A stretch of 42,992 nt of DNA, taken from sequence record DRR723986_5348; one strand, written 5' to 3'. The notes beneath the pieces were generated by a model. The model saw nothing but the letters and a program-made list of their open reading frames with translations. It made no database searches and had not been told where the DNA came from. The first letter of the stretch is position 1. Every line of letters starts with the position of its first letter. Both the position numbers and the translations under genes were made by a program. Positions 26,776 to 38,196 of the stretch are shown here, piece after piece.

Positions 26776-27246
26776 TTGAATTCATTTATAGGTACATACG
26801 AGTGTAAAGCTGATGCTAAAGGAAGGCTGATGATACCTGCTGTCTTAAAAAAACAGTTGTCTGCGGCATTACAAGACGGTTTTGTGCTTAAGCGTGCGGT
26901 ATTTCAGCCGTGCTTAGAGCTGTATCCAATGGCAGAATGGAATGTTCTTATGTCTAAAGTGAATAAGCTCAATCGATTTAAGAAAAAGAATAATGATTTC
27001 ATAAGACGATTTACGGCAGGAGTTAAAGTTGTGGAAGTTGATAATGCAGGACGATTATTGATTCCTAAAGATTTAATTGGTTTCTCAGGAATTACGAAAG
27101 AGGTGGTTTTGGCTTCTGCTGTAAATATTATTGAAATATGGGATAAGGCTAAGTATGAGCAAGCTATCGATGATGCGGCAAGTGACTTTGCTGATTTAGC
27201 TGAAGAAGTTATGGGACAAGATGATGTTGACAATGGAGTATCATAA
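26776..27246 (+). CDS. mraZ: Division/cell wall cluster transcriptional repressor MraZ
   Basis: Two DxxGR motifs (DAKGRL, DNAGRL) and IEIW; TTG start; first gene of the dcw cluster. Confidence 0.96.
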   Translation: MNSFIGTYECKADAKGRLMIPAVLKKQLSAALQDGFVLKRAVFQPCLELYPMAEWNVLMSKVNKLNRFKKKNNDFIRRFTAGVKVVEVDNAGRLLIPKDLIGFSGITKEVVLASAVNIIEIWDKAKYEQAIDDAASDFADLAEEVMGQDDVDNGVS

Positions 27247-28129
27247 TGCGGTATTGCTCAAAGAAACAGTTGATGGTTTAGATATAAAACCAGATGGTGT
27301 ATACGTAGATGTCACTTTTGGTGGTGGTGGGCATAGTCTAGAGATTCTTTCAAGGCTAGGGCCAAATGGTAAATTGTTTGCTTTTGATCAGGATAAAGAT
27401 GCTTTGGCGAATGCAATAGTGGATGATCGGTTTGTTCTTATTAATGAGAATTTTAGATATATAAAAAGGTTCTTAAGATTTTATGGAGTAAAGGAAGTAG
27501 ACGGCATTTTGGCGGACTTCGGTGTATCATCTCATCAATTTGATGTTGCTGAACGTGGTTTTTCCACAAGATTTGAAGCGGATTTAGATATGCGCATGAA
27601 TCAAGATAGTGAGCTTTCTGCCTACGAGGTTGTGAATAATTATGATGAAGAACAAATTAGAGCTGTGCTTTATCAGTATGGAGAGTTGAGGCAAGCGCCA
27701 GCAATGGCAAGAGTAATTGTAGCAGAAAGACAGAAAGAAGCGATAAAAACTAGTGAGCAGTTAAAAAAGGTATTAAGACCATTTTTAAATCACCGAAAAG
27801 AAAATAAAGTTTTAGCACAGATTTATCAAGCGATTCGAATTGAGGTGAATCAAGAAATAGAAGTTTTAAAAGAGCTTTTACTTCAAACTCCAGAGGTTTT
27901 AAAAAAGGGTGGTCGACTTAGTTTTATTTCATACCACTCTCTAGAAGACCGATTAGTAAAACGCTTTATAAGAAATGGAATGTTTGAAGGAGAGCCAGAG
28001 CGTGATGTATTCGGAAATTTTGAAGTACCATTAAAAAAAGTAGGAGGTTTAATAATACCAACTGAGTCAGAAATAAAAGTGAATAGTAGAGCAAGAAGTG
28101 CAAAGCTTCGAATTGCTGAAAAAATATGA
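27233..28129 (+). CDS. rsmH: 16S rRNA m4C1402 methyltransferase RsmH (MraW)
   Basis: HNAVLL, DVTFGGGGHS, DFGVSSHQ, LDMRM, SYHSLEDR and RARSAKLR motifs. Start is ATG 27233 or the upstream ATG 27221. Confidence 0.97.
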   Translation: MEYHNAVLLKETVDGLDIKPDGVYVDVTFGGGGHSLEILSRLGPNGKLFAFDQDKDALANAIVDDRFVLINENFRYIKRFLRFYGVKEVDGILADFGVSSHQFDVAERGFSTRFEADLDMRMNQDSELSAYEVVNNYDEEQIRAVLYQYGELRQAPAMARVIVAERQKEAIKTSEQLKKVLRPFLNHRKENKVLAQIYQAIRIEVNQEIEVLKELLLQTPEVLKKGGRLSFISYHSLEDRLVKRFIRNGMFEGEPERDVFGNFEVPLKKVGGLIIPTESEIKVNSRARSAKLRIAEKI

Positions 28130-28446
28130 AGAAAAGTATCTACAGCATATTACGTGGAAAGTTTCTAATCAGTGATGATTCGTTTAAAAATTGGCGCATC
28201 ATCATTTTTATTTCAGTCTTGGCCATTATTATGATTGCAAGTTCACATAGTGCAGACAAAAAGGTACATGAAATTGCAAGACTCACAAATGAAGTTAAGG
28301 AATTACGATCTGCATTTGTTGATGGGCGGTCAAAACTCATGAGGTTGAAAATGGAATCGGCCATTATAAATAAAGTCGCGGAAAAGGATATTAAAATATC
28401 TGAAATCCCACCAACAAAAATTAGAGTAAAATCAGAACAAGAATAA
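28126..28446 (+). CDS. ftsL: FtsL-like cell division protein
   Basis: Single TM plus coiled coil, located between rsmH and ftsI. Confidence 0.85.
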   Translation: MKKSIYSILRGKFLISDDSFKNWRIIIFISVLAIIMIASSHSADKKVHEIARLTNEVKELRSAFVDGRSKLMRLKMESAIINKVAEKDIKISEIPPTKIRVKSEQE

Positions 28447-28449
28447 ACT

Positions 28450-30465
28450 TTGGCAACAACAGAAACCAACATATTAAACAGGTTGTACTTCGTGGCAGGC
28501 TGCATGTTTGTCTTTGCGTTAGCCGTAGTTTTTAAACTCTGCAGTATTCAGTTTATTCAAGGTGACACCTATAGAGAACTTGCCGAAAAGCGAACAGTAA
28601 AAGATTTTGAAATAGAACCTAACCGTGGAAATGTCTATTCTGCCGATGGAAGTTTGTTAGCGACCTCAATACCTAAATATGATATTAGGATTGATGCTAT
28701 ACAGGCTAAAGATGCCACTTTTGAAAAGTATATAGATGGATTAGCGGATTCACTCTCAGCTTACAAAGGGAAATCAAAATCTTACTACAAAAATGTTATA
28801 AGAAAAGCGAGAAAGAATAAGAATAGATATTTTCTTTTAGCACGCAACATAAGTTACTCGGATTACATAAGAATGCGCAATTTTCCACTGCTAAATCTCG
28901 GTGCAATTAAGGGTGGTTTAATTGTTGAGCAAACTACCAGAAGAGAACATCCTATGGGTGAGATTGCTGCAAGATCAATTGGTTATGAACGAATTGATGA
29001 GAATAATTACGCCACAAGAGTGGGTATCGATGGTGCATTTGGTGAAAAGTATTTGCAAGGAGTTAAAGGTAAACGCTTAAAACAGAAAATTGGAAATGGG
29101 CAGTGGAAACCGATTGCAGATTTCGATCAGGTAGAACCGCAAGATGGTTATGATGTTTATACAACCATAGATGTTAATATTCAAGACATAGCACATCATT
29201 CATTATTAGGTCAATTAGAAAAGTATGAGGCAGAACACGGTTGTGTTGTTGTGATGGATGTAAAAACAGGTGAGATTAGAGCAATTTCTAATTTGGCTAG
29301 GACATCAAAAGGCACCTATTATGAGAAACTTAATTATGCTGTAGGTGAAAGTCATGAGCCAGGGTCAACCTTCAAGACTATAGCGATGATGGCAGCTTTA
29401 GAGGATAAAGTAATTGACACTTCGACAATTATTGACACCAAAAATGGTTCAAAGTACTTCTACGGAAGAACTATTAGTGATTCACATCGTGGAGGATATG
29501 GTAATATTTCAGCCGCAAAAACGCTAGAGGTTTCGTCAAATATTGGTTTAGCGACGATTATTGATGATCATTACTCTAATAAACCAGAAAAGTTTTTAGA
29601 TAGATTAAGTGATTGGAAATTAGATGAAACACTAGGAGTTTCTATAATAGGTGAAGGAAAACCAGATATTCCAAGACCAGGTGCAAGAAACTGGAGTAGA
29701 AACGCATTGCCATCAATGGCTTATGGGTATAATCTAACGATGACACCATTACAAACGTTAGCATTTTATAATGCTATAGCAAATGAAGGTGAATTGATAA
29801 AACCGCGTTTTATAAGAGCTGTAAAATCGTTTGATAAGAATATTGAGGTATTTGATAAGGAGGTATTAGTAGATAAAATCTGTTCAGACAAAACCTTATT
29901 AGAAATAAAAGATATTCTTAAAAATATTGTAATTCGAGGAACTGGTAAACGAATGTACTCGGAAACATTTTCAATGGCAGGTAAAACAGGTACTGCGAGA
30001 ACTGATTACGCCAATTTTGAAGAGTGGAAAAAAGATAAAAAATATATCTCATCTTTTGCAGGTTATTTCCCAGCTGATAATCCAAAGTATTCTTGTATTG
30101 TAGTTATACACAAACCAAGTACTAAGGTTGGTTATTATGGTGCTGACGTATCTGGACCAGTTTTTAAACGTATAGCACAAAAAATTTATACGGATACACC
30201 GATTATTGACGAGGTCAAAACACTCGACTTTAATAATCAAATGGTCGATAATGACTTTGAGACTTATTTTGAAAATGCACGCAAGTATAAAGAGCTTATG
30301 CCGAGTGTTATTGGTATGCCAGCTATGGATGCTATTGCGCTTTTAGAAAACTTACAAGTTAATGTAAAGGTGAAATTAAATGGCAGTGGTATTATTAAAA
30401 GTCAGTCTGTAGATAAGCATAAAAAGCTAAAACCTAATCAAACAATAATCTTAGAAGCATCATGA
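28450..30465 (+). CDS. ftsI: Class B penicillin-binding protein FtsI (PBP3) with C-terminal PASTA-like domain
   Basis: RGNVYS, EPGSTFK (SxxK), SSN, KTGT motifs and MPSVIGM PASTA start; TTG start. Confidence 0.95.
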   Translation: MATTETNILNRLYFVAGCMFVFALAVVFKLCSIQFIQGDTYRELAEKRTVKDFEIEPNRGNVYSADGSLLATSIPKYDIRIDAIQAKDATFEKYIDGLADSLSAYKGKSKSYYKNVIRKARKNKNRYFLLARNISYSDYIRMRNFPLLNLGAIKGGLIVEQTTRREHPMGEIAARSIGYERIDENNYATRVGIDGAFGEKYLQGVKGKRLKQKIGNGQWKPIADFDQVEPQDGYDVYTTIDVNIQDIAHHSLLGQLEKYEAEHGCVVVMDVKTGEIRAISNLARTSKGTYYEKLNYAVGESHEPGSTFKTIAMMAALEDKVIDTSTIIDTKNGSKYFYGRTISDSHRGGYGNISAAKTLEVSSNIGLATIIDDHYSNKPEKFLDRLSDWKLDETLGVSIIGEGKPDIPRPGARNWSRNALPSMAYGYNLTMTPLQTLAFYNAIANEGELIKPRFIRAVKSFDKNIEVFDKEVLVDKICSDKTLLEIKDILKNIVIRGTGKRMYSETFSMAGKTGTARTDYANFEEWKKDKKYISSFAGYFPADNPKYSCIVVIHKPSTKVGYYGADVSGPVFKRIAQKIYTDTPIIDEVKTLDFNNQMVDNDFETYFENARKYKELMPSVIGMPAMDAIALLENLQVNVKVKLNGSGIIKSQSVDKHKKLKPNQTIILEAS

Positions 30466-31925
30466 TGATTCTTAAAGACATATTGTATAAGGTTACTATA
30501 AATGCTGTCGCAGGTAGCACGAGTGTTGCGGTAAATAAAATTGAATTTGATTCTCGACAAATTAAGTCTAATGATGTGTTTGTTGCCATTTCCGGAACAA
30601 TCACAGACGGTCATAAGTATATAGCAAAAGCCATTCAGGATGGTGCAGTTTCTGTTATTTGCGAGAAATTACCTAATCATTTAAAGGATAATGTCACCTA
30701 CATAGAGGTTGCAAATTCCAATCAAGCATTGGCTTTTATGGCTGCAAATTATTATGAGCATCCTTCAGAAAATTTAAAGCTAGTAGGTGTTACTGGTACT
30801 AATGGTAAAACAACAGTAACAAGTTTATTGTACCAACTCTTTAAAAAGGCTGGTTACAAAGTAGGTTTACTCTCTACCGTTAAAATTATGGTAGATAATA
30901 CCACTTATAAGACAACGCATACAACACCAGATTCATTAACAATTAATAAGTATTTAAAGTTAATGAATGATGAAGGTGTGGAATTCTGTTTTATGGAAGC
31001 AAGTTCTCATGGTATACATCAAAGTAGAACTGAGGGTCTCAAATTCACAGGTGGAATTTTCACCAACCTATCACACGATCATTTAGATTATCACGATTCT
31101 TTTGCTGAGTATAGAGATGTAAAAAAGTCATTTTTTGATCAATTACCTAAAGAAGCATTTGCATTGTCTAACATGGACGATAAGAATGGGTTAGTAATGC
31201 TTCAAAATACAAGAGCAAAGAAGTATACTTATGCTCTAAAGAATTATGCTGACTATAGAGCGCAGATTCTCGAAAATGAATTTAGCGGATTGCTATTAAA
31301 GCTAAATGATAATGAATTGTGGACACGATTAATAGGAAGCTTTAACGCTTATAATATTTTAGCAATTTACGGAGCAGCAGAGCTTTTGGGACTCGAAAAA
31401 ACTGAAATTTTAAGGTTGATTAGTGAGTTAGAAAATGTCTCTGGCAGGTTTCAATATTTTATTTCAGATGATAAAATTACTGCAATTGTAGATTATGCGC
31501 ATACACCAGATGCTCTAAAAAATGTGCTCGAAACTATTAATAGTATTCGTACCAAGAATGAAGAGCTTATCACAGTAGTTGGTTGTGGAGGTGATAGGGA
31601 TAAGACTAAGCGCCCAAAAATGGCACATATAGCTTCTGCCTTAAGTACCAAGGTAATCTTTACAAGTGATAATCCACGTAGTGAGTTGCCTGAAAGCATT
31701 ATTGAAGATATGGAGAAGGGTGTTGAGCCTCAAAATTTCAAGAAAACCTTATCGATTACAGATAGAAGACAGGCTATAAAAACGGCGTGCCAGATGGCAG
31801 ATACAAAGGATATTATCCTAATTGCTGGTAAGGGCCATGAGACTTATCAGGAAATTAAAGGGGAGCGCTTTGATTTCGATGATTATAAAACTGTACAGGA
31901 ATTTTTAAAACAATTACAAAAATAG
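30462..31925 (+). CDS. murE: UDP-MurNAc-dipeptide:meso-DAP ligase
   Basis: GVTGTNGKTT, HTTPD, MEASSH, DYAHTPD, DNPR (DAP-type specificity motif) and AGKGHE. Confidence 0.97.
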   Translation: MMILKDILYKVTINAVAGSTSVAVNKIEFDSRQIKSNDVFVAISGTITDGHKYIAKAIQDGAVSVICEKLPNHLKDNVTYIEVANSNQALAFMAANYYEHPSENLKLVGVTGTNGKTTVTSLLYQLFKKAGYKVGLLSTVKIMVDNTTYKTTHTTPDSLTINKYLKLMNDEGVEFCFMEASSHGIHQSRTEGLKFTGGIFTNLSHDHLDYHDSFAEYRDVKKSFFDQLPKEAFALSNMDDKNGLVMLQNTRAKKYTYALKNYADYRAQILENEFSGLLLKLNDNELWTRLIGSFNAYNILAIYGAAELLGLEKTEILRLISELENVSGRFQYFISDDKITAIVDYAHTPDALKNVLETINSIRTKNEELITVVGCGGDRDKTKRPKMAHIASALSTKVIFTSDNPRSELPESIIEDMEKGVEPQNFKKTLSITDRRQAIKTACQMADTKDIILIAGKGHETYQEIKGERFDFDDYKTVQEFLKQLQK

Positions 31926-33167
31926 ATGCTGTATTACTTATTTGAATATTTAGAACAACAATTTCAATTTCCAGGAGCTACTCTGTTTGGTTTCTTAACC
32001 TTTAGGGCTGCTATGGCTATTATTTTGTCCTTGTTGATATCTACTATTTACGGTAAACGCATCATTCGTTTTTTACAAAGACAACAAGTAGGTGAAACAA
32101 TAAGAGATTTAGGTTTAGAAGGCCAGGTTGAAAAAGCTGGTACACCCACAATGGGAGGAATTATCATTATTTTGGCAACACTTATACCTGTACTATTACT
32201 CGCCAAGCCCGAAAATATTTACATCATACTTCTCATTATTACAACCTTATGGATGGGAACCATTGGGTTTATTGATGACTACATCAAAAAATTTAAAAAT
32301 GACAAAGAAGGATTAAAAGGAAAGTTTAAAGTACTTGGTCAGGTTGGGTTAGGTCTTATTGTTGGGTTAACACTTTATTTTCATCAAGATGTAACAATAA
32401 AAGAAGAATTGCCAATTGAGGTACAAAAGGAACTTTTAGCTGAAAATCCAAATATCCCTGAGGCACAACTTTTTGATGTGGCAAAGAAATCTACAAAGAC
32501 CACTATTCCTTTTGTAAAAAACAATGAGTTTGATTATTCGGATTTAATAACATGGATTAGTCCTGATTTAGAAAATTATGCGTGGATCATTTTTGTTTTG
32601 GTCAGTATCATCATTGTAACTGCTGTATCCAATGGAGCAAATTTAACGGACGGAATTGATGGCTTAGCCGCAGGAACATCTGCAATTGTCGTATTGACCT
32701 TAGGAATTTTTGCATGGGTATCTGGTAATATCATATTCTCTAAGTACTTGGATATTATGTATATCCCTCAAGTTGAAGAAATCACAATTTATATCGCTGC
32801 GTTTGTAGGAGCATTAGTTGGTTTTCTTTGGTATAACGCCTATCCAGCTCAAGTTTTTATGGGAGATACAGGAAGTTTAACCATTGGAGGAATAATTGCT
32901 GTTATAGCTATTGCGGTAAGAAAAGAGTGGTTAATACCATTATTGTGTGGAATATTCCTGGCTGAAAATTTATCGGTAATGCTTCAGGTTAGCTATTTCA
33001 AATACACCAGAAAAAAATATGGTGAAGGTCGACGAATATTTAAGATGTCGCCTTTGCATCATCATTATCAGAAATCTGGATATCACGAAAGTAAGATTGT
33101 AACACGCTTTTGGATTGTAGGTATACTATTAGCCATAATAACTATTGTGACATTGAAGATAAGATAA
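31926..33167 (+). CDS. mraY: Phospho-MurNAc-pentapeptide transferase
   Basis: [32 protein letters not shown] and PLHHH motifs. Confidence 0.97.
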   Translation: MLYYLFEYLEQQFQFPGATLFGFLTFRAAMAIILSLLISTIYGKRIIRFLQRQQVGETIRDLGLEGQVEKAGTPTMGGIIIILATLIPVLLLAKPENIYIILLIITTLWMGTIGFIDDYIKKFKNDKEGLKGKFKVLGQVGLGLIVGLTLYFHQDVTIKEELPIEVQKELLAENPNIPEAQLFDVAKKSTKTTIPFVKNNEFDYSDLITWISPDLENYAWIIFVLVSIIIVTAVSNGANLTDGIDGLAAGTSAIVVLTLGIFAWVSGNIIFSKYLDIMYIPQVEEITIYIAAFVGALVGFLWYNAYPAQVFMGDTGSLTIGGIIAVIAIAVRKEWLIPLLCGIFLAENLSVMLQVSYFKYTRKKYGEGRRIFKMSPLHHHYQKSGYHESKIVTRFWIVGILLAIITIVTLKIR

Positions 33168-34498
33168 TGAAGCGTTTAGTGATTCTTGGAGGAGGAGAGA
33201 GTGGAGTGGGTACTGCACTTTTAGGGAAAGCGAAAGGATATGAGGTTTTTGTTTCTGATAAAGGGAAAATTAAAAATAAATATAGAGACGTTCTTTTAAA
33301 TAATGAGATTGAATTTGAAGACGAAAAGCATACAGGTTCAAAAATTCTGAATGCAGACATCGTCATGAAAAGTCCTGGAATACCAGATAAAGTCGATTTG
33401 GTGAAACAAATTAGAGAAGCTGGGATTAAAGTAGTTTCAGAAATTGAATTTGCATCAGAATATACTGATGCCACTTTGGTGGCAATTACTGGTAGTAATG
33501 GAAAAACAACAACGGCTACATTAACCCATCATGTGCTTAAACAAGACTTAGATGTAGGTTTGGCTGGAAATATTGGCGATAGTTTCGCTAAGCAAATACT
33601 CCATAAAAACCACAGTAATTATGTGCTAGAGGTAAGTAGTTTTCAGTTAGATGATATTCACAATTTTAAACCAAGAGTAGCCATTTTAACAAACATCACA
33701 CCAGATCATTTAGATCGCTATGATTATAAATTCGAAAACTATATCACTTCAAAATTTAGGATAGTAGAGAACCAAACAGAAGATGACTATTTCATTTATG
33801 ATGCCGATGATGAGGTAATCATAGAGTGGCTTCAAAGCAATCAAATTCAATCTAAATCATTGCCTTTTTCTCTAAAAAAAGAGATTAAAGAAGGCGCCTA
33901 TTATAAGAACCAAGAGATAATAATAACAATAGATAATAATCAAATCATTATGCCAACAGAAAATTTAGCTTTAGAAGGAAAACATAACATCAAAAATGCG
34001 ATGGCAGCTTCTACTGTGGCGCATTTACTCAAAATCAGAAAGCAGACCATAAGAGAAAGTTTAGAAAACTTTCAAGGTGTTGAACATCGTTTAGAGCATG
34101 TACTAAAAATAAACAAAGTGCAATATATCAATGACTCTAAAGCAACCAATGTTAATGCTACATATTTTGCATTAGAAAGCATGGATGCACCAACAGTATG
34201 GATTGTTGGTGGTGTAGATAAAGGCAACGATTACAAAGAACTCTTTCCGTTTGTAAATGAGAAGGTAAAGGCAATTATCTGTTTAGGAGTTGACAATGAA
34301 AAGTTATTTGAAGCATTTGGGAACATGGTAGATGTTATTATAGAAACACAATACATGAGCGAAGCTGTGAAGATTGCTTATAAGGTGGCTGATGCTGGAG
34401 ATAATGTTTTATTGTCACCAGCTTGTGCAAGTTTTGATTTGTTTGATAATTATGAGGATCGTGGACGTCAATTTAAAAATGCCGTTCGTAATTTATAG
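33167..34498 (+). CDS. murD: UDP-MurNAc-L-Ala:D-Glu ligase
   Basis: Start at ATG 33167 (TAATG overlap with mraY); GSNGKTT, EVSSFQL, NDSKATN and SPACASFD motifs. Confidence 0.97.
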   Translation: MKRLVILGGGESGVGTALLGKAKGYEVFVSDKGKIKNKYRDVLLNNEIEFEDEKHTGSKILNADIVMKSPGIPDKVDLVKQIREAGIKVVSEIEFASEYTDATLVAITGSNGKTTTATLTHHVLKQDLDVGLAGNIGDSFAKQILHKNHSNYVLEVSSFQLDDIHNFKPRVAILTNITPDHLDRYDYKFENYITSKFRIVENQTEDDYFIYDADDEVIIEWLQSNQIQSKSLPFSLKKEIKEGAYYKNQEIIITIDNNQIIMPTENLALEGKHNIKNAMAASTVAHLLKIRKQTIRESLENFQGVEHRLEHVLKINKVQYINDSKATNVNATYFALESMDAPTVWIVGGVDKGNDYKELFPFVNEKVKAIICLGVDNEKLFEAFGNMVDVIIETQYMSEAVKIAYKVADAGDNVLLSPACASFDLFDNYEDRGRQFKNAVRNL

Positions 34499-34546
34499 TA
34501 AAGAGAATGAAAAGATGAATTAGGGACTCATCTATAAAGGTTAAGC

Positions 34547-35749
34547 ATGCAAAATATATTTTCACAAATAAAAGGAGATAGAGCCATTTGGGCTATAGCT
34601 ACGCTATTGGCCATATTTTCCTTTTTACCAGTATATAGTGCAGCAAGTAATTTAGCCTATACTGGTGGTACAGGGAATACCTTTTCTTTTTTTGTGAAGC
34701 ATTTTATGCATCTCTTTTTAGGCTTTGCAATTATGTATGGTATTCACAAAGTACCATACAAATACTTTAGAGGATTGTCAATGATTATGATTCCTATTGT
34801 GTTTGTTTTACTTCTTGTAACTATGTTGCAAGGCACTACAATTGAAGGTGCAAATGCAAGTCGTTGGATACAGATTCCAATTGTAAATATGTCCTTTCAA
34901 ACCTCTACGTTGGCAGCTGTAGTATTAATGGTGTATGTAGCAAGATATCTCTCTAAAATTAGAGATAAAGACATAAGTTTTAAGGATACGGTATTGCCAC
35001 TTTGGGCACCAGTATTTTTAATTTTAATCTTAATTCTACCAGCAAATTTCTCTACGACTGCGATAATCTTTACTATGATAATGATGTTGGCCTTCATAGG
35101 CGGTTATCCATTAAAATATTTATTGATTATTGTTGGTACAGGATTATTAGCATTAACCATGTTCATATTGGTTGCTAAGGCATTTCCAGATGCTATGCCT
35201 AATAGGATAGATACGTGGATGAGTCGTATAGAGAATTTCTCAAATGATGAAGATACAGAAGCAGATTACCAAATAGAAAAAGCAAAAATTGCTATTGCCT
35301 CTGGTGGAATACAAGGAGTTGGTCCTGGAAAAAGTGTTCAAAAGAACTTTTTACCACAATCATCATCAGATTTCATTTTTGCAATTATTATAGAAGAGTA
35401 TGGATTAATTGGTGGTTTATTCTTGTTGATATTGTACTCTTGGCTTTTGTTTAGAATAGTCATTGTATCTCAAAAATCTGATACCATATTTGGGAAGCTA
35501 CTGGTTCTAGGCGTAGGATTACCAATTGTATTTCAAGCCCTGATAAATATGGCCGTTGCAGTTGAGTTATTTCCTGTAACTGGGCAAACCTTACCACTAA
35601 TAAGTAGTGGTGGAACATCAATATGGATGACTTGCTTAGCTATAGGAATTATTTTAAGTGTTAGCGCTCGTAGACAAGAATTGAAGGATAAAGATTCCGA
35701 TGATGAAGATTCTGATAACCCATTAAATATTTTAAGCGAAACGATTTAA
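34547..35749 (+). CDS. ftsW: SEDS peptidoglycan polymerase FtsW
   Basis: [21 protein letters not shown] and [14 protein letters not shown] motifs; dcw position. Confidence 0.95.
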   Translation: MQNIFSQIKGDRAIWAIATLLAIFSFLPVYSAASNLAYTGGTGNTFSFFVKHFMHLFLGFAIMYGIHKVPYKYFRGLSMIMIPIVFVLLLVTMLQGTTIEGANASRWIQIPIVNMSFQTSTLAAVVLMVYVARYLSKIRDKDISFKDTVLPLWAPVFLILILILPANFSTTAIIFTMIMMLAFIGGYPLKYLLIIVGTGLLALTMFILVAKAFPDAMPNRIDTWMSRIENFSNDEDTEADYQIEKAKIAIASGGIQGVGPGKSVQKNFLPQSSSDFIFAIIIEEYGLIGGLFLLILYSWLLFRIVIVSQKSDTIFGKLLVLGVGLPIVFQALINMAVAVELFPVTGQTLPLISSGGTSIWMTCLAIGIILSVSARRQELKDKDSDDEDSDNPLNILSETI

Positions 35750-36843
35750 TGAGGAATTATAAATTTATATTATCTGGAGGAGGAACAGGAGGACATATTT
35801 ATCCTGCCATAGCTATTGCAAATGAGTTAAAGTTGCGGCATCCGAATGCTGAGTTCTTATTTGTGGGAGCCTCTGATAGAATGGAAATGGAAAAAGTACC
35901 TCAAGCAGGCTATAAGATTGAAGGGCTGTGGATTTCGGGTATACAAAGAAAACTCACTTTAAAGAATTTAATGTTTCCATTTAAGTTGTTAGCGAGTTTG
36001 CTGCGATCAAGAAAAATCATTACCTCCTTTAAACCAGATGCGGTAATAGGTACTGGTGGTTTTGCAAGTGGTCCTTTATTAAAAGTTGCTACCTCTAAAA
36101 AAATCCCGAGTTTAATTCAAGAGCAGAATTCTTTTCCAGGCATAACAAATAAGCTATTGGGAAAAAATGTAAATACTATTTGTGTTGCTTATGAGGGGCT
36201 AGATAAATACTTTCCTAAAGAGAAGATAAAGCTCACTGGAAATCCTATCAGAAAGGATTTACTAGAAGTAAAAAGCAAACATATCGAAGGCAAAGATGCA
36301 TTTAGTCTAATTCATAGTAAGCATACATTATTGGTTTTAGGTGGTAGCCTGGGCGCAAGACGAATTAATGAATTAATAGAGGCCAATCTTGATTTTTTTG
36401 AAGAATTAAACGTTCAGGTGATTTGGCAATGTGGTAAGTTGTATTACAATACTTATAAGCAATATAATGACTTGAAGCATGTTCAAGTTCACGCGTTTTT
36501 AAACAAGATGGATTTGGCTTATGCGGCAGCAGATGTTATAATTTCGAGAGCAGGTGCAATTTCGGTTTCTGAGCTATGTATTGTGGGTAAACCTACCATT
36601 TTTATACCCTCTCCAAATGTGGCAGAAGATCATCAAACCAAAAATGCTAAAGCCGTCGCAGATAAAAATGCAGCCATTTTAATTAAGGAAAATGAATTAG
36701 AAGCTGAATTTCAGAATCAGTTTTCTAGTTTAATTTCTAATGAAAATCAAAGAAAAGAATTAAGTAAAAATATTGAATCCTTAGCCTTAGTTAATGCAAC
36801 AAAAGATATTGTTGATGAGGTTGAAAAATTGTTAAAACCATAA
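35749..36843 (+). CDS. murG: Lipid II GlcNAc transferase
   Basis: [30 protein letters not shown] and DHQTKNA motifs. Confidence 0.97.
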   Translation: MRNYKFILSGGGTGGHIYPAIAIANELKLRHPNAEFLFVGASDRMEMEKVPQAGYKIEGLWISGIQRKLTLKNLMFPFKLLASLLRSRKIITSFKPDAVIGTGGFASGPLLKVATSKKIPSLIQEQNSFPGITNKLLGKNVNTICVAYEGLDKYFPKEKIKLTGNPIRKDLLEVKSKHIEGKDAFSLIHSKHTLLVLGGSLGARRINELIEANLDFFEELNVQVIWQCGKLYYNTYKQYNDLKHVQVHAFLNKMDLAYAAADVIISRAGAISVSELCIVGKPTIFIPSPNVAEDHQTKNAKAVADKNAAILIKENELEAEFQNQFSSLISNENQRKELSKNIESLALVNATKDIVDEVEKLLKP

Positions 36844-38196
36844 GTGGATTTAAAAAGTGTAAATAACGTTTATTTTATTGGTATCGGAGGAATCGGAATG
36901 AGTGCTTTGGCACGCTATTTTGTTGCTAATGGTAAACAAGTTGCCGGTTATGATAAGACACCGTCAGATATTACCAAAGGCTTGCAGGAACTCGGTGTTT
37001 ACATTCACTTTAATGACGATGTCATAGAAGTTGATCCAAAGTATTTAAATAAAGAAAATACACTTATCATTTATACTCCTGCAATACCCAATAGTCATTC
37101 AGAATTAACCTTTTTCAATGCAAATGGCTTTAACGTTGTAAAGCGATCAACGGCTTTAGGTGAAATTACCAAACAAACAACATGTTTAGCGGTTGCAGGT
37201 ACGCACGGCAAAACTACAACCACAAGTATACTAGGGCATTTACTCAATTATTGTGATGTGCCTGTTACTGCCTTTTTAGGTGGAATAAGTGAAAACTATA
37301 ATTCAAATTTAATTATTAACGGTACGGAGGTCACTGTAGTAGAGGCTGATGAGTTCGATAGATCATTCCTAACGCTATCACCAGACTTAGCTTGTATTAC
37401 TTCTATGGATGCTGATCATTTAGATATTTATGGTGATGCAAACCAACTTGTAAAATCCTTTAAATATTTTACAGAATGTATTAAGCCTAAGGGTAAATTA
37501 TTTGTAAAGAATGGTTTACCATTAATTGGGATTACCTATGGTGTCGAAGATGATTCGGATTATAGTGCCCAAAACGTAAAAATAGAAAATGGTAGTTATG
37601 TGTTTGATGTTAAAACACCTAACGGTTTATATAAAGATTTCAAATTTAACCTACCTGGTAGACATAATTTGTCGAATGCAATAATAGCCTTGGCGATGGC
37701 TGTTGATTTTGGTTGCCCTCACAACCAGCTCGCCAAGGGTTTAGCATCTTATAAAGGTGTTAAACGCAGATTTACCTATCAGATTAAAACAGATGATTTT
37801 GTATTTATAGATGATTATGCACATCATCCTGAGGAGATTAATGCTGTACACCAGGCAGTAAGAGAAATGTATCCGAACAAAAAAGTATTAGCTGTGTTTC
37901 AGCCTCATTTATTTAGTCGTACTAAAGATTTTGCAAATGAATTTGCTCGAAGTCTTTCAAATTTCGACGAAATTATATTGTTAGATATATATCCAGCAAG
38001 GGAATTACCGATTGAGGGAGTGACGTCTGAATGGCTTTTGAACAAAATAGAAAATCCAAATAAAAAATTAGTACAGAAATCAGAATTAATTGATGAAATA
38101 AAAAAATCTAACGCCAATATTGTAATGACATTGGGTGCTGGAGATATAGGTGAAGAAGTAAAACCAATTAAAGAAGCATTTAGTGTTGCGAATTAA
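36844..38196 (+). CDS. murC: UDP-MurNAc:L-Ala ligase
   Basis: IGIGGIGMS, GTHGKTTT, EADEFD, DDYAHHP and FQPH motifs; GTG start. Confidence 0.97.
   Translation: MDLKSVNNVYFIGIGGIGMSALARYFVANGKQVAGYDKTPSDITKGLQELGVYIHFNDDVIEVDPKYLNKENTLIIYTPAIPNSHSELTFFNANGFNVVKRSTALGEITKQTTCLAVAGTHGKTTTTSILGHLLNYCDVPVTAFLGGISENYNSNLIINGTEVTVVEADEFDRSFLTLSPDLACITSMDADHLDIYGDANQLVKSFKYFTECIKPKGKLFVKNGLPLIGITYGVEDDSDYSAQNVKIENGSYVFDVKTPNGLYKDFKFNLPGRHNLSNAIIALAMAVDFGCPHNQLAKGLASYKGVKRRFTYQIKTDDFVFIDDYAHHPEEINAVHQAVREMYPNKKVLAVFQPHLFSRTKDFANEFARSLSNFDEIILLDIYPARELPIEGVTSEWLLNKIENPNKKLVQKSELIDEIKKSNANIVMTLGAGDIGEEVKPIKEAFSVAN

Noticed and set aside
33110-33166. N-terminal extension of MurD
   Set aside because: Overlaps the mraY 3' end; the TAATG-coupled ATG at 33167 gives a normal MurD N-terminus.
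34513-34533. AGATGA...TCATCT hairpin between murD and ftsW
   Set aside because: Only a 6-bp AT-rich stem with no U-tract; could easily be chance.
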